Source of the DNA: a virus
Taxonomy: Duplodnaviria > Heunggongvirae > Uroviricota > Caudoviricetes
DNA: 22,241 bases
IMG/VR virus record: IMGVR_UViG_3300044620_000288
Span: 64,001 to 86,241 of that record
Direction: 5' to 3' (one strand)
Position numbers and translations under genes: made by a program. The notes under the pieces were generated by a model. It was not told the origin of the DNA, ran no database searches, and saw nothing but the letters and a program-made list of their open reading frames with translations. Below are positions 8,295 to 16,800 of the stretch, piece by piece (the first letter of the stretch is position 1; each line of letters starts with the position of its first letter).

Positions 8295-11200
8295 ATGGCG
8301 TGTAAAGTTAAATATGTAGAACAAGAGTATAGGAAGAACTATCCTGAACTGGCTGATAAACTTAATCAGAAGTATACAGACATTTGGAAGGATATTACCG
8401 ACTCTAATCTATTTAGAAAGTATGGTGATGGTCCAACGGCTACTTATTTGCTTTCCAAAGCTGGCACTGAACAGCAACAGAAGCAGGTTAACTTTATTGC
8501 CAAACTGAATGAGAAGTATGAAACTCCTCAGGGCAAGTCAATTATACAAGGTGCTCCTACAAAGGCTGGGAACAATACAAAGATATTAGTGAATGTCCAT
8601 CCTCTGGCACAAGGAGAGTGGAGCAAGCTACAAAAACCTGAACAGGGAACATTGTTCCAATTGCGTGGTGGTACCATGGGATCTAATGCATCTCCTAAGA
8701 CCATTGCAATGATTAAGGACTTCCTTACACGCATTGGTGTTAGCACTAAGAATGTTAATGGTATTGTAGTGAATGGTGTTCAGATGAATGCAAACGCTGC
8801 AGCCATTGTAACACAGAAGCTTATTCAGGTGGTGAATGGCATGGAAGCTAGAGCTCTTCCTGAGGAAGCTATGCACTTTGCTGTAGAAATCATCAAGCAA
8901 ACTAATCCCAAGCTTTACCAAAAACTACTTAACGAAATCAATAGCTACCAAATACTAAGAGATACATTTGCTGAGTATAGCAACAATCCTCTTTATCAAA
9001 CAGAAGATGGTAGACCTGATGTATTGAAAATCAAAGATGAGGCTATTGCCAAGGTGCTTTCTGAAACAATCATCTATCAAGGTGAGAACAATAAAGAAAG
9101 TATGGAGAAACTTGCTAAGGTGCAGACCTGGTGGGGACAAATGTTGGAATGGCTCAAAGGTCTGTTCTCTAGAAGTGGATTTGATCAAGCAGCTATGGAC
9201 ATCATCTCTGGAAAAGAAATTGGTACAGCTGATGACATCCGTGCTAATGAGAATGAGATATTCTTACAGCAGTCTAAACAAGAACAGATATTTAATACCA
9301 TTAAGTCTGGCTCTATGGCTGTTGAAAAGCGTGGAGATGGTTACTATGTAAATGGTAAGAAAGTTCCTAAACGTGTAACAGATCTTGTTAATGACTGGTA
9401 TGAGCGTAGGTTTAGAGAGAAGAAACTAACAGACAGTGAGTTCCAGAAGGCTATTGACTCAATGAAAGCTGACAAGGGTACAGCTGGACATATTGATTTG
9501 GAGGAAGCATTTAAAGTGTATGTAGATCCTCAGACAGGACTAATGAGACCTGAGCCTTTAAATGATGATGCTTACGTATCTCAGCTTAACAAAGATGACC
9601 GTAAATATTACATCACTCTAAGAGATAATCTTAAGAAGCGTTTGGACTCATTTGGTCCTAATGCAAGATTCCTTGCTGAAGCTATAGTGTATGATGCTAA
9701 GAGACCGGGGGGTGGTATTGCTGGTACAATTGACTTCATAGCTATTACAGAAGATGGTAAAGTGAACATGCTTGACTGGAAGTTTACCAACCTCAATACA
9801 AATAAGTATGATGATATTCCTTGGTATAAAGTGAACGCATGGCGTACACAGATGAACCAGTACAAGTTAATCCTCAAGACAGCATATGGTATTAAGGAAG
9901 ATCAGTTTGATCAAACCAGAATGATTCCTATACAGGCTATCTACACAGAGGCTGATTATAAAAAAGAAATCTTACCACGCCTATCTGGTATTAAAATAGG
10001 AGATGTAGATATAAAGAACATCGAGGAAGACTATTTACTTCCTGTTGGTCTAGAGGAAGAAGTTACAGGAGAAGAAGAACTAGATGACTTGTTGGCTAAG
10101 CTCAACCGCATCTACAAAAGAATGTCTGAGAAAAAGGCAACACCTGGTGAAAAACTTACTAAGGCTGAACAACTTAACTCTTTGTACACAGCTATTCGTC
10201 ACCTTCAGATGAGAAGAGATGCTAAGTCTCTTGTATACCAAGCTCGTCTTATCAACAAACAAATTGAGGACATATTCACAAAGTTTGAAGATAAGTTTAA
10301 AGGTAAAGATCCATTAAGCTTTACAGAGAAAGAGCGTAGTGATTTTACAAAAGAAATGGCAGATGGACTAGAAGCACTAGAAACATATGCTGATTTGGCT
10401 ACAGATCTTGACTTCTTGTTCAGAGGTGAGCTTGATAAAGCTACAGAAGATGTTAAGAGTGAAATATACAAAGCTAGTTCTGCAGCTAAACTATTGAGAT
10501 CTAGATTGTTGAAACTGGACAAGTCTTTCACTAATGACTTCATTGCCCTATCTGAAAAAGTGAAAGGAGCTAAAGAAGGAGAGAAAACTGTTACAGGTGC
10601 AACTAAGTGGTTTAGTAGTACAGCCACCTTGCAGATTAAAGCTGCACAGGTGTTATTCAGAAAAGCTAACCGTGCCTTCACTTATGCAGGTATGGACACA
10701 GCTGCAGAAAGTAGAAGACTTGCTGAGATAAAAACCAAATATGATGCTTGGGCTAAAGGAAAAGGTCTAACATCCAATAACTACTTTGACATCATTAGAA
10801 AGAAAGCTGATTCATATCAGAAGGAAGCAGATGCTCGTAAGAAAGCTGAGATGGAAGAGCTAAACAAAATGAAGCCTGAAATCTCTGAGGAATCATACAA
10901 GCAAGAAGTTGAGAAGATTAATCAGCGTTATGAGAATGCTATCAAGGATAAGAACCAATTGATTGATGAGTTTGATCCTCAGTTCTATTCAAAACTCAAC
11001 TCTGCTATAGCCCAGAAGGACTATGCATGGATTAGAGATAATATAGATAAAGCTGAATATGCTGAGCACTTACGTAAGAAACTAGATGAAGAAGAGCAAC
11101 GCATATTTGATAAACCTCGTATTGGTACAGAGGAAGACATTGCTAATCAGATCAAGACAGAACTGAGAAAAGCAAAAGAACTATACAACATTACTACAGA

Positions 11201-13409
11201 CCAATCTATAGGATGGTTACTGTATGATGAGATAAAGCAGTTTCCAAATAAGGAAACTTGGGAGTCTAAGGAATGGAAAGAACTTACAAAGAAGGATGCT
11301 TCTGGTAAATTCATTAACCAACCAGCTATTGACTTCTATAATTATATCCGTGAGAGAAACGAACTATACAGAGACCTTGGCTACATTAATGCTAAGCAGT
11401 CTAGGGTGTTCCTACCTTGGGTGAGAAAAGGACTTACAGAAAAGCTTGTGCTTGGTGGTAATGTCACTGTTGGTGAACAGTTCCTCAGGACAATATCTAT
11501 TGATGAGGGAGATGTGGGATATGGACAACGTGATGCTATTAGTGGTAAACTAATAGACAAGGTGCCTATCTATTTCACTAGAGAGTTAGAAGGAGATGTT
11601 AGTACAGACCTTTTTAGAACAATGTCTTTATACAATGAGTTTGCTCTCAGGTATAAATACCTAAGTGATATTGAGGACCAGGTGCTAGCATTAAATAGAC
11701 TTGAGAGAAACAAGAGATCTATTGCTACATCATTCTGGGGAAAGACAGAATATAAAGATGGAGAACTCCAATACAACCCTGACAATAGTGAGAATGCTAA
11801 GATTATAGAAGACATGACCAAGGCTATTGTGTATCAGCAGAAGTTTATTCAGAGCGATACATTTGATATGGTGCTTGGAAAGATTGGTACCGTAGGAGAA
11901 AGTATAAATAAAAAGCTTGGATTCAAGCTTATACCTGAAGGACTTGCTGGAAGACAAATCAGTATAAATAAGAGTATTGATGCTCTGAATACCACCTTCC
12001 AATTACAGGCTTTAGGACTGAATGTATTATCATCCATGTCCAACTTGTTTGGTGGTACAACACAATCCTTGATTAATTCAGGTAGATATTTCACTAAGGG
12101 AGACTTTGTGAAAGCTGAGGGTAAGCTCCTATGGAATAAACTTGGAGGAGAAGATGCTAAGAAATTTATAGCAGCTAAGAACTTCTTCATGCCTTTCACA
12201 GAAAACTACAACAGAGATTTGGCTAAGAACCTGTCTATGAGTAGAGTGAGTCAGGAGAGCATTCAAGACTTCCTCATGGTACTCATGAGAAACTCTGACC
12301 GTGCTGTACAAGCTGTTAACTTTTATGCCTTCCTTGAGAATAGTATAGTGGTTGATGGTCAAGTTGTTAATGTTAGAGAATACCTCAGACAACAACCTGA
12401 GTACATTGGTAAGATGTATGATGGAACCAGAGAGGAAAGAAAATCTAGATCTGACAAGTTTGAACAAGATGTACAGAAGCTTATTGAGGAAAAGGGTGTA
12501 ATGAAACTTGGTAAGATTGAGGGAGATGAATTTGTAATCCCTGGCGTAGACCAGAAGTCTGAAAGTGTTGTTGAGTTCAGAAGGAAGGTGCAACAAGTTA
12601 CAGCTGATGCTCTTGGTAACATGTCAGAAGCTAACAAACGTCTCATCAACCTAAATGTGTATAGCAATTCATTCATGGTGTTCAAAAACTGGATCCCTCG
12701 TCTGATTGATGTACGTTTTGGTAATCTTAAATACAACTCTGCCTCAGACGCTTATGAATGGGGTAGAATGAGAATGCTGTTTAGATTTGTAGCTACAGAT
12801 ACCATTAAGTCTTTAAACAGTTTAAAGAGTTCTCTCCTAGGAAATGATGACCAGTTTATTCAACAGGTGCGTAATCTGTATGAAAAAAAGAAAGCTGACT
12901 ATGAGAAGGACACTGGTAAAGAGCTAGAAATGACTGAGGATGAATTCATTGACTTGGTTAGAAGGAACATAAAGAACCAGCTTTTAGACGTTCTCATTTT
13001 CATTGCTCTATTGGGTATCTACTTTGGACTCAAGGCAAACATGCCTGATGATGACGAAGACCCAGCTGTAAGAAACAGATGGAAGTTCATGCTCAAGGCT
13101 ACAGACAAGTTCTCAGATGAGATTGCCTACTTCTACAACCCTACCAACATATCTAAGTTGGTGTCTACAGGTATATTCCCATCCTTAGGACTGATAGAAA
13201 ACTATAAGAAAACCCTGACTAACTTTGGAAAGGAGATGTTTGGATTGGCAATAGGAGATGAGGAATTGGTAGAAGAGAACCAGGTTATCAAGTATTTGAT
13301 GAAGTCTTTTCCTATCACTAGCCAAGGAGCAGCCCTTCTTCCTATGTTCTCTCCTGAGACAGCTAAAGACCTAGGAATCAAGATGCCTTCTCAGTCAGGA
13401 ATTAGATAA
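8295..13409 (+). CDS. Giant virion cargo/ejection-like protein (1704 aa): degenerate zincin-like domain, PD-(D/E)XK nuclease, long helical region, C-terminal hydrophobic helix
   Basis: ATG lies 5 nt after the RNAP stop. Motifs: ALPEEAMHFAVE (8862-8876), KGTAGH, IAGTIDFIAITEDGKVNMLDWK, QMNQY, LLDVLIFIALLGIYFGL. Its position next to the RNAP matches crAss-like cargo gene clusters. The CDS is certain; the ejection role is inferred. Confidence 0.8.
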   Translation: MACKVKYVEQEYRKNYPELADKLNQKYTDIWKDITDSNLFRKYGDGPTATYLLSKAGTEQQQKQVNFIAKLNEKYETPQGKSIIQGAPTKAGNNTKILVNVHPLAQGEWSKLQKPEQGTLFQLRGGTMGSNASPKTIAMIKDFLTRIGVSTKNVNGIVVNGVQMNANAAAIVTQKLIQVVNGMEARALPEEAMHFAVEIIKQTNPKLYQKLLNEINSYQILRDTFAEYSNNPLYQTEDGRPDVLKIKDEAIAKVLSETIIYQGENNKESMEKLAKVQTWWGQMLEWLKGLFSRSGFDQAAMDIISGKEIGTADDIRANENEIFLQQSKQEQIFNTIKSGSMAVEKRGDGYYVNGKKVPKRVTDLVNDWYERRFREKKLTDSEFQKAIDSMKADKGTAGHIDLEEAFKVYVDPQTGLMRPEPLNDDAYVSQLNKDDRKYYITLRDNLKKRLDSFGPNARFLAEAIVYDAKRPGGGIAGTIDFIAITEDGKVNMLDWKFTNLNTNKYDDIPWYKVNAWRTQMNQYKLILKTAYGIKEDQFDQTRMIPIQAIYTEADYKKEILPRLSGIKIGDVDIKNIEEDYLLPVGLEEEVTGEEELDDLLAKLNRIYKRMSEKKATPGEKLTKAEQLNSLYTAIRHLQMRRDAKSLVYQARLINKQIEDIFTKFEDKFKGKDPLSFTEKERSDFTKEMADGLEALETYADLATDLDFLFRGELDKATEDVKSEIYKASSAAKLLRSRLLKLDKSFTNDFIALSEKVKGAKEGEKTVTGATKWFSSTATLQIKAAQVLFRKANRAFTYAGMDTAAESRRLAEIKTKYDAWAKGKGLTSNNYFDIIRKKADSYQKEADARKKAEMEELNKMKPEISEESYKQEVEKINQRYENAIKDKNQLIDEFDPQFYSKLNSAIAQKDYAWIRDNIDKAEYAEHLRKKLDEEEQRIFDKPRIGTEEDIANQIKTELRKAKELYNITTDQSIGWLLYDEIKQFPNKETWESKEWKELTKKDASGKFINQPAIDFYNYIRERNELYRDLGYINAKQSRVFLPWVRKGLTEKLVLGGNVTVGEQFLRTISIDEGDVGYGQRDAISGKLIDKVPIYFTRELEGDVSTDLFRTMSLYNEFALRYKYLSDIEDQVLALNRLERNKRSIATSFWGKTEYKDGELQYNPDNSENAKIIEDMTKAIVYQQKFIQSDTFDMVLGKIGTVGESINKKLGFKLIPEGLAGRQISINKSIDALNTTFQLQALGLNVLSSMSNLFGGTTQSLINSGRYFTKGDFVKAEGKLLWNKLGGEDAKKFIAAKNFFMPFTENYNRDLAKNLSMSRVSQESIQDFLMVLMRNSDRAVQAVNFYAFLENSIVVDGQVVNVREYLRQQPEYIGKMYDGTREERKSRSDKFEQDVQKLIEEKGVMKLGKIEGDEFVIPGVDQKSESVVEFRRKVQQVTADALGNMSEANKRLINLNVYSNSFMVFKNWIPRLIDVRFGNLKYNSASDAYEWGRMRMLFRFVATDTIKSLNSLKSSLLGNDDQFIQQVRNLYEKKKADYEKDTGKELEMTEDEFIDLVRRNIKNQLLDVLIFIALLGIYFGLKANMPDDDEDPAVRNRWKFMLKATDKFSDEIAYFYNPTNISKLVSTGIFPSLGLIENYKKTLTNFGKEMFGLAIGDEELVEENQVIKYLMKSFPITSQGAALLPMFSPETAKDLGIKMPSQSGIR
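9340..10060 (+). other. PD-(D/E)XK (RecB/AddB/Cas4-like) nuclease domain; boundaries approximate
   Basis: GT..H motif (9477-9491), E..V, GTID (D at 9732), DWK (9774-9782) and the RecB-family QxxxY motif (9849-9863). Confidence 0.82.
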
Positions 13410-13450
13410 TACATAACGCTATATTATATCGTTTATTTCTTCATAACTCA

Positions 13451-13480
13451 TTGAAAATACATTACTAACAACTAATTTTG
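13451..13480 (+). promoter_or_regulatory. Bacteroidota sigma70-type promoter (TTG-N19-TAnnTTTG)
   Basis: TTG at 13451-13453, exactly 19 nt, then TAATTTTG at 13473-13480, in the intergenic gap before the fibre module. This matches the Flavobacterium/Bacteroides consensus. Confidence 0.75.
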
Positions 13481-13485
13481 CTAAT

Positions 13486-13881
13486 ATGCGTACCGCTGCA
13501 ATTTGCCCCACATGTGCTGTTTTTGAGAATGCTTTATGCATCCTCTATAATGGTAGTTATTTGACTAACATTGACGTAGACCCCCTAGATTCTGTAGAGG
13601 TGGCGTTGAAAAAGATTAATGACAATCTAGTTCCTGTAACAGGAACTGGTGCTCCTACAGCTGGAGCCATCTATCTTGGCCAACTCTATCTAAGAACTGC
13701 TGGGGCTAAGAACTTATATTATGCCCAAACCACAGGCACAGGTGCCTTGGATTGGAGGATTGTTCTTTCTGTTCCTTATACAGGAGCTCCTCAATATGCT
13801 GACAATGCTGCTGCCATAGCTGGTGGTTTGCTTGCTGGTCAAGTTTACCGTACAGCTGATGTGTTGAAAATCGTACATTAA
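13486..13881 (+). CDS. Short fibre/decoration-like structural protein (131 aa)
   Basis: N-terminal C-x2-C-x7-C-ILYNG...ALKKI domain shared with the downstream fibre. The C-terminal YADNAAAIAGGL..GQVYRT..LKIV resembles ends I recall from Bacteroidota phage fibre-type proteins. Function is inferred. Confidence 0.65.
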   Translation: MRTAAICPTCAVFENALCILYNGSYLTNIDVDPLDSVEVALKKINDNLVPVTGTGAPTAGAIYLGQLYLRTAGAKNLYYAQTTGTGALDWRIVLSVPYTGAPQYADNAAAIAGGLLAGQVYRTADVLKIVH

Positions 13882-13889
13882 TTTAAGAC

Positions 13890-16800
13890 ATGAACGTACT
13901 TCCTAACATACTACAGTATGGAAGTAGTGGCACATCTGGTACTTCAGGTGTGTCACAGGCTTCTGACTGCGTAGATAATTTACCAGTTTATATAAATCCA
14001 GTAGTGGCTTCCGTAGAGCCACCACCTAGTGAATTATCATCTAGTCAGCCCTCCTTTTTGTCTAGACTATATGGTAGGGCTCCTGTTCAGGAGACTCCTC
14101 CTATTATTATTAGTGAGCCACTCATCTATGTGGCTCCTGCTCCAATCGATCCAAACAATAATCAAAGCTTTTTATCTAAGCTCCTTGGTGGAGACTGTAG
14201 AAATACGTCTTTCACAAACAGCCCTGTCATATGTTCTGCTGATGCCTGTCCTATTATATTAGACGCCACTTGTGTGTTCTATGAAGGATACAATCTCATC
14301 TATACAGGGATTAGTGCTAATGACAACCTTCAGACAGCTCTTGAGAAGATAGAGGAAACCTTTGCCAATAGTTTGGCAGGAAGCTCTGGTACGTCTGGCA
14401 CCTCAGGTAGTTCAGGTACATCTGGCAGTTCTGGGACTGCTGGAACAACAGGTACTTCAGGTACAACTGGTACAAGCGGAACCTCAGGAACCACAGGTAC
14501 AAGTGGAAGTTCTGGGACTAGTGGCACTACTGGGACCAGTGGTACAACGGGTACATCAGGTACAACTGGCACTAGCGGTACGTCAGGTACTAGCGCTACA
14601 TCTGGTACATCAGGCACTGCAGGAACTAGTGGCACCTCAGGTACTACGGGTACAAGTGGTACATCAGCTACTGATGGTACAGGAGGTACGAGTGGTACGT
14701 CTGGTACAGATGGAACTTCTGGCTCAAGTGGAAGTTCTGGTACATCGGGCACTTCAGGAACCACTGGAACAAGTGGTACAACTGGCACCTCAGGAACGAG
14801 TGGTACTGCTGGCTCTTCAGGTACTAGCGGTACAACAGGAACGAGTGGTAGTTCAGGTAGTACAGGAACATCAGGGACATCTGGCACTACAGGTACTAGT
14901 GGTACGTCTGGCTCTAGTGCTACAGACGGAACAGGGGGTACATCAGGTACTTCAGGTACGTCAGCAACTAGCGGATCAAGTGGGACAACAGGAACCTCAG
15001 GAAGCTCAGGTACTGCAGGTACTTCTGCAACTAGTGGAAGTTCAGGCACTTCTGGAACATCAGGTACTGACGGAACAGGAGGATCAAGTGGTACTTCTGG
15101 CACTTCTTCTACCTCAGGAACATCAGGAAGTTCTGGAACTGATGGATCAGAAGGAACATCTGGTACAAGTGGTACGAGTGCCACAAGTGGTACTTCTGGA
15201 TCTACAGGGACCTCTGGAACGAGCGGTAGCACAGGAACATCAGGTAGTAGCGGTACAAGTGGCACCTCTGCAACAGATGGCACTGGTGGTACATCAGGAA
15301 CAAGTGCAACGAGCGGAACCAGTGGAACCAGTGCTACATCAGGTACGTCTGGTACAGCAGGGACAACAGGTACATCTGGATCTTCAGGTTTGAGTGGTGA
15401 TAGATTTGCCACAACATCAACATCAACATATACATTAGGAGCTGTAGGTTCTTCAGGAACTATTACAGTGGGAACAGGACTAGCATACACTGTGGCCCAA
15501 TCTATCATTATTGCCTACGATGCTAATAATCACGTAGAAGCTGAGGTGACTTCATACAACCCATCGACTGGCTCATTGAGCTTTACTGTATTTAGACTTA
15601 CAGGGTCTGGTACATACAGTCTTTTCCAAGTGAATCTAGATGGTGCAACAGGTGGTGATGGTTCTAGTGGATCATCAGGCACTAGTGGTACGTCCGCAAC
15701 AGCTGGTACCTCTGGTACAACAGGTACATCGGGTTCAAGTGGCACGTCTGCCACATCAGGAAGTTCAGGTACCACTGGCACAAGTGGAACAGGTGGAACT
15801 TCTGGAACCAGCGGCACTACAGGCACATCTGGCTCAAGCGGAAGTAGTGGATCTTCAGGAAGTAGTGGCTCTAGTGGAACCTCTGCCACCTCTGGTACAA
15901 GTGGAACATCTGGAACAAACGGTAGTGGAGGCACTAGTGGAACAAGTGGGTCATCTGGTAGCTCAGGATCGTCTGGTACAGCTGGTACAGCAGGTAGTCC
16001 TGGTACGTCTGGAACTAGTGGTAGTTCTGGAACAGGAGGATCGTCTGGTACATCAGCAACCTCTGGAACATCAGGTTCAAGCGGAACCTCAGGTAGTAGT
16101 GGTACTACGGGAACTTCTGGTACCACGGGAACGTCTGGTACTAGTGGTACCTCAGGAGCAACTCAAGCTTTCTCTAATGTTCTAACTATGAACAGTGGTG
16201 GAGCTGGAGATGCTTCAGGAACAACATATAATGGTTCTGCTTCTAGAACTCTTTCTTATAATACAATAGGTGCTGCAGCTTCTGCTAATTTTAAAGTATT
16301 AGGAGCAAATGTTAATTATGATGTAAATAGATCAATAAAAACATCAGGTGGGGGTCTTGCTATATATTCAGGATATTCTACAGGTACTAACAGACCAACT
16401 ACATATGATATTTCTGCTCAATTTGCTGCAACAAATGATATAGCTTTTGAGATAGCTGCCGATTGGTTAAGCGGTTCAGGACCTACACTTTATGCTAGAT
16501 CTCTTCGTGACTGTTGTCAGGATTGGTCGTCTTGGGTAACTATTCTTACTTCTTTAAATTACAATTCCTATTCACCAACGTTAACAGGTGGTGGAGCTTC
16601 AGGAACATGGGGCATCAATATTACAGGTAACGCTGAAACTGTAGATGGATTTAGTGCATCTCAGTCTACTATTGCAAATGGAATTGTAGTAAGAGACCCT
16701 AGCGGATATATCTTTGGTAGCTATATCAACATGACTGATGACGGTAATCCGGGAGGAGGTACATCAATCACTTCATTTATTACTAAGCAAGGAGATAATT

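Noticed and set aside
8281-8297. Readthrough or programmed frameshift fusing the RNAP to the 1704-aa protein
   Set aside because: The stop is TAA, the next ATG is out of frame after a 5-nt gap, and I see no slippery heptamer.
9340-10060. Cas4 / CRISPR-associated system
   Set aside because: The domain lacks Fe-S cysteines, is embedded in a giant protein, and no array or other cas genes are present.
865-12736. Many short minus-strand and alternate-frame ORFs (60-160 aa) inside the two giant genes
   Set aside because: They are fully nested in strong CDSs, have hydrophobic or Ser/Leu-rich antisense composition and show no recognisable motifs.
13413-13436. Possible terminator after the 1704-aa gene (aacg...cgtt followed by ttatttct)
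   Set aside because: The stem is short, AT-rich and bulged, too weak to call. It could be a regulatory site, but there is no second copy in the window to support that.
14330-16126. Long antisense Val/Pro-rich ORFs (14330-15508, 15530-16126) and shifted-frame plus-strand ORFs (14362-15393, 15640-16185)
   Set aside because: They are expected shadows of GGN-ACN-TCN/AGY repeats, which rarely create stops in those frames. They begin and end with the repeat blocks and have no independent expression signals.
14379-16163. CRISPR array or non-coding tandem repeat
   Set aside because: There is no constant DNA repeat with unique spacers. The periodicity is 9 nt at the amino-acid level with free third positions.
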